Assembly: GCA_965218695.1 (NCBI GenBank)
Contig: OZ244651.1
Span: 352,001 to 416,000 of the forward strand
Reading direction: 5' to 3'
Length of the DNA stretch: 64,000 bases
Source of the DNA: Nitrosopumilus sp.
Lineage (GTDB): Archaea > Thermoproteota > Nitrososphaeria > Nitrososphaerales > Nitrosopumilaceae
The notes under the pieces are model-generated. The model worked only from the letters and a program-made list of their open reading frames with translations. It was not told the DNA's origin and did no database searches. This document shows, piece after piece, positions 1-8,677 of this stretch. Numbering within the stretch: position 1 is the stretch's first letter; every line of letters starts with the position of its first letter. Position numbers and translations under genes: made by a program.

Positions 1-117
1 GGGCCGGTTAGTGGTTCTTTGACACACGAAACTCTGCTCTTGCATGCACAGAACCATTATGGTTGGTTGGTCATTCAGAACGGAACTTGCATTCTTGAAT
101 AGTTGTAATTCTACAAA

Positions 118-2175
118 TTATTGTCCAGTGTCACCCCACCACTGCCCCATCTGGGATGCGGGGATGTGGTCGACTACCTTTTGCAGGATGGAGCCGAGTA
201 TTGGATTCTGGTTGCTGTATCCTACATCAAGGTCGTATTGGTGTCCTGTGGGGCCTGCATCATACACGTCGATTCCTGCCAGTCCGGCATAGTGCACAAC
301 GACCGGCCACGTGGCTGCAAACGCGTTTGCCTCGCCTGCCTTCATAAGTTCAAGTCCCTCGGCAAAGCCGCTTACGGAGATGTATTCCACGTCAGGATAA
401 TTCTCATCAAGCCATGATTCTATGGCATAGCCGGTTATGGTGATTAGTCGGAGATCCTCATCATCCATGGCGAACTGCCTGTCCTCAGATGCTGCTATTC
501 TTGTCTCCACTGTATAGTGTGAGGTTGTAAAGCTCATGTATTCAAGCCTGTCAGCAGTGGTGGCTACCATGTACATGACGTCGGCCTCACCATTCTGCAT
601 CATCGCAAGGGCATCACTCCAACTGGCTGCTGCAGGAACCCCTACAAAGTCAGATCCTGTCAGTCTGGAAAACTCTGCTGCATACTGGAGCGTGACTCCT
701 GCAAGGTTTCCTTCCTCATCAGCGTACTCTATTGGAGTCCAGCCGGGGTCAAAGGCTACGCGTATGGTGTCATTCTCTTCCAGCCATGCAGTCTCTTCTG
801 CAGTAAGTCCCAGGTATGATTTGGCAGGTGTCGCATCATTCCACCACTGTTCTATCTGGGATGCGGGGATGTGGTCGACTACCTTTTGCAGGATGGAGCC
901 GAGTATTGGATTCTGGTTGCTGTATCCTACATCAAGGTCGTATCGGTGTCCTGTGGGGCCTGCATCATACACGTCGATTCCTGCCAGTCCGGCATAGTGC
1001 ACAACGACCGGCCACGTGGCTGCAAACGCGTTTGCCTCGCCTGCCTTCATAAGTTCAAGTCCCTCGGCAAAGCCGCTTACGGAGATGTATTCCACGTCAG
1101 GATAATTCTCATCAAGCCATGATTCTATGGCATAGCCGGTTATGGTGATTAGTCGGAGATCCTCATCATCCATGGCGAACTGCCTGTCCTCAGATGCTGC
1201 TATTCTTGTCTCCACTGCGTAGTGTGAGGTTGTAAAGCTCATGTATTCAAGCCTGTCAGCAGTGGTGGCTACCATGTACATGACGTCGGCCTCACCATTC
1301 TGCATCATCGCAAGGGCATCACTCCAACTGGCTGCTGCAGGAACCCCTACAAAGTCAGATCCTGTCAGTCTGGAAAACTCTGCTGCATACTGGAGCGTGA
1401 CTCCTGCAAGGTTTCCTTCCTCATCAGCGTACTCTATTGGAGTCCAGCCGGGGTCAAAGGCTACGCGTATGGTGTCATTCTCTTCCAGCCATGCAGTCTC
1501 TTCTGCAGTCAGTTCCAGTGAAGACATTGCGTCAGTCATCGCGTCGTCAGATGCAGCATAGTATCCGGAGCCAAAGACGTACCCATCATGCAGCATAATC
1601 AGGGAGCGCTTGTTCTGTTCTGTCCCGGTTGCGGGGTTGTTGAATACATACTCTACCCACACCTCTCCCTCCTGAAGTTCTGATATAATCACGTCAGGTG
1701 GTTTGTTGGTGGATGCAATCAATACGCTGTCGACACCGACACGGTCAGGATTTGCTCCGTGTGCCACAATGATGCCATCAGAGTCTACTACAAACGGATA
1801 CGATGGGTCAGTCGACATCATTGCGGTTATGGTTGCAAACGCGCCATCCGGGTCTGAGTCGTAGAGGGCGATCGTGTCCTCGACCACTCCCCTGACTACA
1901 GACTCTGACGTGGATGGCAGGGAAAGGCTTACGCCTCGGTCCAACAACATTTCGTACGTGTCTGAGTACAGGCAGACAGGCATGTCAGAACCAGTTACAT
2001 ATAGATCTCTTGGGTCATTGCACTGTATCTCATGCAATGCAGTCCCAGCATTATACTGCTCCAATGGGGACGGATACTGTGTGTCCTCCATGGCATCGGA
2101 CAAGGCATATGCAGGCAACGCCGACACTAGTGTTACAATGGATAATACTCCTAAAAGGAAGAGATACTGTTTCAT
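118..2175 (-). CDS. Secreted Cache-like domain plus two tandem family-3 (amino-acid type) substrate-binding domains
   Basis: N-terminal signal peptide; thaumarchaeal SPLxQ...C...PxC...RG module; Cache-like segment (YPFVVD...HGANP...NPATG..K.S); two LTAEETAWL...IRVAFDPGWTPIEY SBP domains. Confidence 0.85.
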   Translation of the reverse strand: MKQYLFLLGVLSIVTLVSALPAYALSDAMEDTQYPSPLEQYNAGTALHEIQCNDPRDLYVTGSDMPVCLYSDTYEMLLDRGVSLSLPSTSESVVRGVVEDTIALYDSDPDGAFATITAMMSTDPSYPFVVDSDGIIVAHGANPDRVGVDSVLIASTNKPPDVIISELQEGEVWVEYVFNNPATGTEQNKRSLIMLHDGYVFGSGYYAASDDAMTDAMSSLELTAEETAWLEENDTIRVAFDPGWTPIEYADEEGNLAGVTLQYAAEFSRLTGSDFVGVPAAASWSDALAMMQNGEADVMYMVATTADRLEYMSFTTSHYAVETRIAASEDRQFAMDDEDLRLITITGYAIESWLDENYPDVEYISVSGFAEGLELMKAGEANAFAATWPVVVHYAGLAGIDVYDAGPTGHRYDLDVGYSNQNPILGSILQKVVDHIPASQIEQWWNDATPAKSYLGLTAEETAWLEENDTIRVAFDPGWTPIEYADEEGNLAGVTLQYAAEFSRLTGSDFVGVPAAASWSDALAMMQNGEADVMYMVATTADRLEYMSFTTSHYTVETRIAASEDRQFAMDDEDLRLITITGYAIESWLDENYPDVEYISVSGFAEGLELMKAGEANAFAATWPVVVHYAGLAGIDVYDAGPTGHQYDLDVGYSNQNPILGSILQKVVDHIPASQMGQWWGDTGQ
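149..1509. repeat. Near-identical direct duplication with 705-bp period (about 149-804 and 854-1509) encoding the two SBP domains
   Basis: Only a few substitutions between copies (HYAVE/HYTVE, GHRY/GHQY). Confidence 0.95.
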
Positions 2176-2348
2176 TTTATAATAGAAGCCATGCGTAATC
2201 CCTCCATTTCGTTGGGTTAAACCAGAAAAACCCAGAAAATATTAAAAATTCTGATTTAATTCTCGCCATGTTAGCCATGTGGGGATCCTGTCCTGCCAGA
2301 AATACAAAATAACGTGCGCAACCTTGCAGCACCACGATGTGCACGGAA

Positions 2349-3662
2349 TTAATTGTTTGAAACGGCGCTGCCGGGGACGTTTGCCTCTTCCCAGTTTATT
2401 ACCGGCCCCAGCGTGCTACCTGAAGGAGGTCCTTTCTTCATCTGGTTCCACAGGAGGTCCAGGTTTACGAGTCCGGTTATTATGTTAAATTCCCTGTTAA
2501 AGTCGCCAATCTTTCCCTTGTATGGCGCGGTAAGCCGGCCGTACCGCTTCAGCCTGCCGATGGAGTGCTCCACCTTTACCCTGGCCGAGTTGACGGCGTG
2601 GTTGTGCTCCTTTTCCTCCTTTGTAAAGCGCTTGTGGTTCTTGGTCTTCTTGTGCGGCTGCAGGGTGTTTGTGCCGGGCAGATCCTTTGCGATTCCCTTG
2701 TAGCCGCGGTCAGTAAGGGTGTGGATCCTGTCCTCTTCGGGGGTGTCCTCGTCGCACATGCGGTCCCACCATTTTCCAAACGGCAGCGGGCTCTCCCTGA
2801 GCAGCGTGATGTCGTGGACGGATCCCACGGTGCTGCCGGATATGGCGACTATCACCCCGTTTTCATTTATGCAGACTGTGGTGTTGAGCGTGAATTTCTT
2901 CTTCTTGCCCGAATACATCATGCTCCTCATCTGTTTTTCGTCCGGCCTCTGTATGGGGCAGTGCGTGCCGTCGATCATCATGATGCCCCCGTCAGGCCCG
3001 GAAATTATTTTTTTGAGATCCTCTTTTGTCTCCGTGCCTGCTATCTCCTTTGATATGTTGGCAGCAGTGGGCAGCGCCGCCTCGAGTACCGCGTCCATGA
3101 CGTCGATGTACCTGGACACGGTCGCCTGGTCTATTCCAAAGAATGCCGCAAGCGCGCCCTGCGTGGGGTTGCCCTTTTTGTACATCAGTGACATGAGTAG
3201 CGCGTGCCTTGGGTACAGCTTGCAGCGGTTCCCGGGATCCGACGCCCTCGTCTCGTCGTTCCTGAAGAGCGGGGATTTGCCGCTTTGTCTTATCCATGCC
3301 TCGGCCCTGTCAAGTATGTACTGGAATTGCCCCCTGCCCTTCAGCGTCGCGTCATGAAGCTTCTTCCCGACGCCGATGACGTCGTCAAACACCTCCACGC
3401 GGTGCAGCAGGGCGGGCTCCCCTGCGGCTCCGGACTCGGAGCCGTCCCGCGTGCTCCACAGGCTTTGCTCGTGCTTGGCGGCTGCCTCCAAGCGCTTGAT
3501 GTCAGCGTCCTGGCGCTTGATGTCAGCGTCCTGGCGCTTGATGTCAGCGTCCTGGCGCTTGATCATGTATCTGAGAGCCTTGTTCTCTTTTTGCAGGTCA
3601 CTTGTTTCCTGATTCGACAACAGTATGAACCGGCATATTCTGGTTTTAATTGGATGGATCAT
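2349..3662 (-). CDS. IS5/ISL2-like DDE transposase
   Basis: HTH (LAAFFGIDQATVSR), IDGTH, YSGKKK, DRGYKG, RVKVEHSIGRLK motifs. Confidence 0.92.
   Translation of the reverse strand: MIHPIKTRICRFILLSNQETSDLQKENKALRYMIKRQDADIKRQDADIKRQDADIKRLEAAAKHEQSLWSTRDGSESGAAGEPALLHRVEVFDDVIGVGKKLHDATLKGRGQFQYILDRAEAWIRQSGKSPLFRNDETRASDPGNRCKLYPRHALLMSLMYKKGNPTQGALAAFFGIDQATVSRYIDVMDAVLEAALPTAANISKEIAGTETKEDLKKIISGPDGGIMMIDGTHCPIQRPDEKQMRSMMYSGKKKKFTLNTTVCINENGVIVAISGSTVGSVHDITLLRESPLPFGKWWDRMCDEDTPEEDRIHTLTDRGYKGIAKDLPGTNTLQPHKKTKNHKRFTKEEKEHNHAVNSARVKVEHSIGRLKRYGRLTAPYKGKIGDFNREFNIITGLVNLDLLWNQMKKGPPSGSTLGPVINWEEANVPGSAVSNN
3492..3563. repeat. 21-bp tandem repeat (about 3.4 copies) encoding the heptad IKRQDAD
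   Basis: GCGCTTGATGTCAGCGTCCTG x3 plus a partial copy. Confidence 0.95.
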
Positions 3663-3748
3663 AAATTTTTGACAGCAGGGCTAACATGTCAGCGCGGAGT
3701 TTGAAAAAGTTCCGGATTACGCATATTTTCTAATATGTTTTAGTCACC

Positions 3749-3757
3749 TATATTTAT
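3749..3757 (-). promoter_or_regulatory. Probable TATA box of the SBP gene, now displaced by the IS
   Basis: ATAAATATA on the minus strand lies 23-31 nt upstream of ATG 2175 once the IS and one TSD are removed. Confidence 0.5.
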
Positions 3758-3970
3758 CATTATCTTGTAACTTGCATGATATGAAACTATGTTCTACAAA
3801 CATTAAATCATTTCTGCAACAGCGCAGTCTGTAACTGGAACATTACAGGTAAATGAAACACCAGTGAATCTGACATGACAGGGAATGTGACATGGCAGTT
3901 ATTTTGGAAAACGATCCGACAAGAATGCCACTTGATAAAGCGTATATACTGCTGATCTTCACTTATCTTC

Positions 3971-4060
3971 AGCGGGGTGGGGAAGTCAGACTCATCAGGG
4001 CTAGGTCATCCCGGCGGGCTCATAACCCGCAAATCAGTAGTTCAAATCTACTCCCCGCTA
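3971..4060 (+). tRNA. Initiator tRNA-Met(CAT) with a 15-nt intron in the D-loop (3990-4004, position 18/19)
   Basis: Acceptor stem AGCGGGG/CCCCGCT with A1-U72; anticodon stem GCGGG/CCCGC around CT-CAT-AA; TTCAAAT T-loop; bulge-helix-bulge GA-AGUC-AG^A-CU..AG-GGCU-AG^G-UC. Confidence 0.93.
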
Positions 4061-5370
4061 TCATTACTATAAAACCACGAAACCGACTCGTCAAAGTGCG
4101 CAGTGTTACACCTTCCAATCCGCTCCGGGGGACGGGTAAGGTGCCGCCGGGCAGATGCTACAGGCGTGTACGTCTGGCACCGAATCAATCTGGGCATGAC
4201 GGTATCCTCTTTCCTCTCCGATGTCGTGCCGCAACGGACGCACTTGAATCCCTGCCCGCGCCCCTTGGATTTCATCCTCTTGGAGCACTCCGGGCATCGT
4301 GGGTTTGAGGGGACAGCGTCGGTCTGAAGGTTCTGCACATCAAGGAACTCCAGGCTGATCGTCCTGGGATGGTTCGGGGATGCGCGCCTTATGCCGCCGC
4401 CCACGCACACCCTATCTCCTAGCATCAGGTGCGAGGCTACAGTGGAGAATCCCGTGGGACGGTATACTGCGCATCCGAACTCAACTCCGTCCGATTTTAC
4501 ACCAAACGTGACGTGTCCGCCGCGCATGATTCGCGGCCGGGCAGACACGGTTCCGGTGATTCTTCCAGAGGTGTAGGGTGTCATGGTACTTTCATCCAGG
4601 TCATGCCTGAGATGGTCGCCCGTGCCCTGGTTTGACTTGAATATCATGTGGCCGACTGGCCGCTCGTCACTTTCGAGCATTCCTGCTGCCAGTACCAACC
4701 GGTCGGCTCGCTCCCCACGGATCCCGTAGAATACCGGATCGGGTCCGTGCGGCGCTATCAGCACGCGCCCGCTTGCGTCGTCAACGCTGCCAAAGGTGTC
4801 GGGAAACGTCTTTGCCTGCATGGCCTTGACGCTGCTGGCAGATATTCTTCTCTTTTGCCCCAGCATGCCTCTTGCGCGGTATGCCAAAAGTTCTAGCGTG
4901 TGATCCCCAAACTCGTACCCTATCGCGCCTATCGCACCAACCAAGCCCTGGCCATTCCCTAGGGAAAGGTGGTCAAGTTTGCTCCTTTGAACCAGTCGTC
5001 TTGCGCTGCCCCGGCTGACAAGCTGCCACAGCGCCAGGCGGCCAAGGTCTGCAAATTCCGGCGGAATCTCGTCTCCCTCAACAAACACCAACCCGGGATT
5101 GGCCCCGTTGGCAGTGTCAGAGTACCGTGTCACGGCATCCCGCACCAGTTCCTTGGCACGGTCGGGATTGTCAGTGGAGATCTTCATCGAGACTGCCCCG
5201 TTTCCCCGGGTCTTCCACGGTATGTTGGGGTTGAAGCGAACTAGCCTTGGAAAGTCCAAAAACACGTCCCCTTGCTTGAGCAGCATGCCTGCCGTCTTGT
5301 ATGCAAGAAACGTGGTGCACATTCCCTCGGGGGAGTCGGTATCGTCAAACCCGACGTGCAGAGTCGCCAT
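4048..5370 (-). CDS. tiaS: tRNA(Ile2) 2-agmatinylcytidine synthetase
   Basis: GFDDTDSPEGMCTT, RFNPNIPWKTRGNGAV, PHGPDPVFYGIRG, SNQGT, C-terminal Zn ribbon. Confidence 0.95.
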   Translation of the reverse strand: MATLHVGFDDTDSPEGMCTTFLAYKTAGMLLKQGDVFLDFPRLVRFNPNIPWKTRGNGAVSMKISTDNPDRAKELVRDAVTRYSDTANGANPGLVFVEGDEIPPEFADLGRLALWQLVSRGSARRLVQRSKLDHLSLGNGQGLVGAIGAIGYEFGDHTLELLAYRARGMLGQKRRISASSVKAMQAKTFPDTFGSVDDASGRVLIAPHGPDPVFYGIRGERADRLVLAAGMLESDERPVGHMIFKSNQGTGDHLRHDLDESTMTPYTSGRITGTVSARPRIMRGGHVTFGVKSDGVEFGCAVYRPTGFSTVASHLMLGDRVCVGGGIRRASPNHPRTISLEFLDVQNLQTDAVPSNPRCPECSKRMKSKGRGQGFKCVRCGTTSERKEDTVMPRLIRCQTYTPVASARRHLTRPPERIGRCNTAHFDESVSWFYSNDSGE

Positions 5371-5557
5371 GGAGTCAGTATGGCGTGGGTGTTTTTAGTT
5401 GTTGGCGGTTCCCGTAGGTGAATGGTCAACAGCAGGTCTGCGCTTGCCAGTCCAAGTCTGCGTACCAATCCAAACGAATTCTTATCTGTCCAGGCATCTG
5501 TTCTGACACGGCAAAGCCACTTGGTTTAAATTAAAAGCACAGCACCACAATCTGACA

Positions 5558-6553
5558 TTGATAGTAATAGACGAGGAGAGGATATTCGAGGAGATTGAAA
5601 AGAGGCAGCCGGCATCTGTCTCGCTCAACGGCCCGGAGGGGATAATTGCCGGCGTTCAGAACACGGCAGTAAAGATAACAGAAAGGTTTGGAATCCCGGC
5701 ATACGTCATTGCAGACACGACGTGGGGGACATGCGACCTCAACGCCAAGGGTGCCGAGGTTCTTGGTGCCGGAATACACTTCAACATAGGCCACACCATA
5801 AACACCGAGTCCCCGGACGGGATCACGATACTGGTTGACGCATTTGACGACGTGGGATTTGACAGCGTGGCAAAAAAGTGCGCAACCATGCTTGCAGGCA
5901 GGACAGTCGGGCTTGTCACCGACAGCCAGCACCTGCTCCAGATGGAGCCGGTCAGGGAAATACTTGAAACCGACGGAGTCAAGGTCGTGATAGGCAGCGG
6001 AAAGGGCCAGCTAAACGACGGACAGGTGTTTGGCTGCGAGTTTTACCCCGCAACGGAACTAAAGAAGACGGTGGATGCGTACGTCTTTCTCGGGCAGAGC
6101 AACTTTCATGCGGCAGGAGTCGCGCTCTCCACCGGACTGCCGACGTACGTGCTGGATCCGTATTTCAACGAGGTAAGGGAGGTGAGCGAGTTTGCGCAAA
6201 AGCTCAAGAGAAAGTCCACGCTGGCAGTGTACAAGGCAGCGCAGGCAAAAACGTTCGGGGTGATAGTGGGGCTCAAGGAAGGGCAGCTGTCAAAGGTGTT
6301 TGCCCTGAAGATCAAAAGGGAGCTTGAAAAAGAAGGCAAGAAGGTCCAGTTGTTTGCGATGACAGACATAACAAACGAGAGGCTCAGAAACATCACCGGT
6401 ATTGACGCCTTTGTCCAAGTGGCATGCCCCAGAATCTCCACTGACAACCAGTTTGACATGCCTGTCCTGTCCACACCGCAGGCAAACGCCCTGCTCAAGG
6501 TTCTGCGAAACGAGGACGTCGAGGAGTATCTGGAGATTCCCCACTGGCTGTAG
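5558..6553 (+). CDS. dph2: Diphthamide biosynthesis enzyme Dph2
   Basis: WGTCD, GQVFGC and ACPRI supply the three Fe-S cysteines; TTG start. Confidence 0.93.
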   Translation: MIVIDEERIFEEIEKRQPASVSLNGPEGIIAGVQNTAVKITERFGIPAYVIADTTWGTCDLNAKGAEVLGAGIHFNIGHTINTESPDGITILVDAFDDVGFDSVAKKCATMLAGRTVGLVTDSQHLLQMEPVREILETDGVKVVIGSGKGQLNDGQVFGCEFYPATELKKTVDAYVFLGQSNFHAAGVALSTGLPTYVLDPYFNEVREVSEFAQKLKRKSTLAVYKAAQAKTFGVIVGLKEGQLSKVFALKIKRELEKEGKKVQLFAMTDITNERLRNITGIDAFVQVACPRISTDNQFDMPVLSTPQANALLKVLRNEDVEEYLEIPHWL

Positions 6554-6571
6554 CCGGATGGTGTTTGCGCC

Positions 6572-7648
6572 CTACAGGTGTGGCTTTATCAGGATCTTTC
6601 CAAACAGCCCCTTGCCACGCAGCATTCTCGTGTGCGCCTGGACTGCATCCTCTAGCTGATACACAGAGTCTATGACGGACCTTATCTGGCCTTTGGACAT
6701 CCAGTAGAGTCCCTGTTCCAGCTCGGCCCGGGTACCCTGGGTGGATCCGAGTATGTTGATTCCCTTGAAGAATATGTGGCGCAGGTCGGTCCGGGCGTCA
6801 TACCCGGTCGTGGCACCGGTGGTGACTATGGTTCCGCCGTAGTTGAGCAGTGTTAGCTCCCGGTTCCAGTGGGATCCCCCTATATGCTCAAATATCACGT
6901 CCACGCCGGGCACGTCGCCGTATGGTACCGGAAGGCCGGCTGCAATCTGCCTCACCTGCCTGTGCCAGTCGTCCTGCCGGTGGTCGACTGCATAGTCTGC
7001 CCCCAGTTCCAGCAGCCTGTCAAGCTTGTCCGGGCTGGCAGTGGCAATCACCACACACCCGTGCATCTTGGCGATCTGGATGCCATAGTTGCCAACCCCC
7101 GAACCGCCACCCATTACCAACACCAGCTGACCCGGCTGTATCCTGGCCCGGCCCACAAGCATGTGCCATGACGTCATCAGGGTCATGGATGCAGCAGCTG
7201 CATCATCGTATGACACGCCGTCGGGAATCCTGACTGCGTTGTACTCGGGAAGGTGGGCATACTCGCAGTATCCGCCCCACAGGGGTCCTGTCTCAAAGCC
7301 CCAGATGGATCTTTTTGGGCAGTTGTACTCTTTTCCGCCGGTGCATGCGCTACAGACCCGGCAGGACAGGTTTCCGTGCGAGACTATCCTGTCGCCCATA
7401 CTGATGCCGCGGACGTCGCTTCCCACCGCGACCACCTCGCCGGCAGCGTCTGTGCCGGAGATGTGGGGTAGCGGGACTGCCAGGGGCTTGCCCCTCATGC
7501 CCCAGATGTCGTCATAGTTGAGCGCGGCGGCCTCGACACGGAATACGACCTGATCGGGGCCGGGAGTCGGGCGGGGAACATCCCGGATCTGAAGTATCTT
7601 GGAATAGTCGTCGTCAACTGCATACCTGTCGTACACCAGCGCCCTCAT
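6572..7648 (-). CDS. Zinc-binding (MDR family) alcohol dehydrogenase/oxidoreductase
   Basis: GTDAAGEV, structural Zn CRVCSAC...C, GGGSGVG Rossmann motif. Confidence 0.9.
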   Translation of the reverse strand: MRALVYDRYAVDDDYSKILQIRDVPRPTPGPDQVVFRVEAAALNYDDIWGMRGKPLAVPLPHISGTDAAGEVVAVGSDVRGISMGDRIVSHGNLSCRVCSACTGGKEYNCPKRSIWGFETGPLWGGYCEYAHLPEYNAVRIPDGVSYDDAAAASMTLMTSWHMLVGRARIQPGQLVLVMGGGSGVGNYGIQIAKMHGCVVIATASPDKLDRLLELGADYAVDHRQDDWHRQVRQIAAGLPVPYGDVPGVDVIFEHIGGSHWNRELTLLNYGGTIVTTGATTGYDARTDLRHIFFKGINILGSTQGTRAELEQGLYWMSKGQIRSVIDSVYQLEDAVQAHTRMLRGKGLFGKILIKPHL

Positions 7649-8603
7649 TGCACATCTGGATACTTGGAGATATATCAGTGTAAGATACGGTTTGTCACGG
7701 CAGGGGTTGTTCAGGCCCCGAGCAGGTACGACACCGTGGTTACGAACTCGTTAACTGTGATATCACCTAGCGAGGCCATTCTGCCCAAGTTTGGCTTTAC
7801 CCATGACGGGATTTCTCCGTCCTGCGGCAGGTTCAGTGCCGCAAGCAGTTCGACGTCGGTTGCAGTCGTGGAGTCAAATCCTGCCCACATGCGGATGGCC
7901 AACAGCATGTCAGCCTCGGAAGTTCCCGGGTCAGGTGCGGGAACTACGGGGTCTGCCGGAATCGGCGTTGCAGTGGCGTTGGCTGCAGGTATTACCGTGA
8001 TTGCATCTATCATGTGTGCCAGCGTGGTGGAGGATCGACTGTCCCATGTTCTGGCCACCAGATTGGTGTTTCCCATTGTCTCATTAAACGTGACAAGGAA
8101 GTTGACATTGGTCTTGAACGAATATTTCTCATCTGTCTCCTGCGTCACAGTAACGTTTGAAAGCCAGCCGTTCGGATCCGTTACCAGGGTGTTGCCGTTG
8201 TCAAGCCTGATGAACGTGTCGCTGTTGAAGTAGTGTATGTCCATATCATGCAGGTTCATGTAGAGGGTAAAGTGGGCAATTGTGTTGTAGTCGTATAGGA
8301 CAAAGTCGATGCTGGTCGGCTGGTCGGCCACAACTTCCTGCGAGTCAAGCGTGTTGGACAGACCTGCTAGCGGATACCCCAGACCGTTTATCGTCACTGG
8401 GTAGTCAAACGTGCCGTTGACGACAATCGGGGATATGGGCGTGCGCCAGTCAGGGTCGTGGACGATTTGCAGTAATGCAGATGGGATATCTATGTTAAAT
8501 TGGGAATCGCGCAGTGCGTTAAGATCCAAGACCGGGGGATCATTGTTGCTGCCGCTCGAGCTGGATCTGTGATTGTTATTGGAGACGATTCCGGATGAGC
8601 CCG

Positions 8604-8677
8604 GGTTGCCGTTGCCGCCGTTGCCGCCGTTGCCGCCGTTGCCGCCGTTGGTGTTGGTGTTGGTGTTGGTGTTGATG
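8604..8677. repeat. Low-complexity 9-bp and 6-bp repeats (GGN and NT linker)
   Basis: (GCCGCCGTT)n followed by (GGTGTT)n. Confidence 0.85.

Larger units (their letters stand above)
2184..3731 (-). mobile_element. IS5-family (ISL2-like) insertion sequence, copy A
   Basis: Imperfect TIRs AGAAGCCATGCGTAATCC / AGAAAATATGCGTAATCC; 3-bp TSD AAT (2181-2183, 3732-3734); close relative at 46596-48079. Confidence 0.92.

Noticed and set aside
149-1509. Template/variable repeat pair of a diversity-generating retroelement
   Set aside because: No reverse transcriptase present; both copies are in-frame domains of one ORF and are far longer than typical TR/VR pairs.
3971-4060. tRNA-Ile2(CAT), suggested by the adjacent tiaS
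   Set aside because: A1-U72 and three consecutive G-C pairs in the anticodon stem indicate initiator tRNA-Met.
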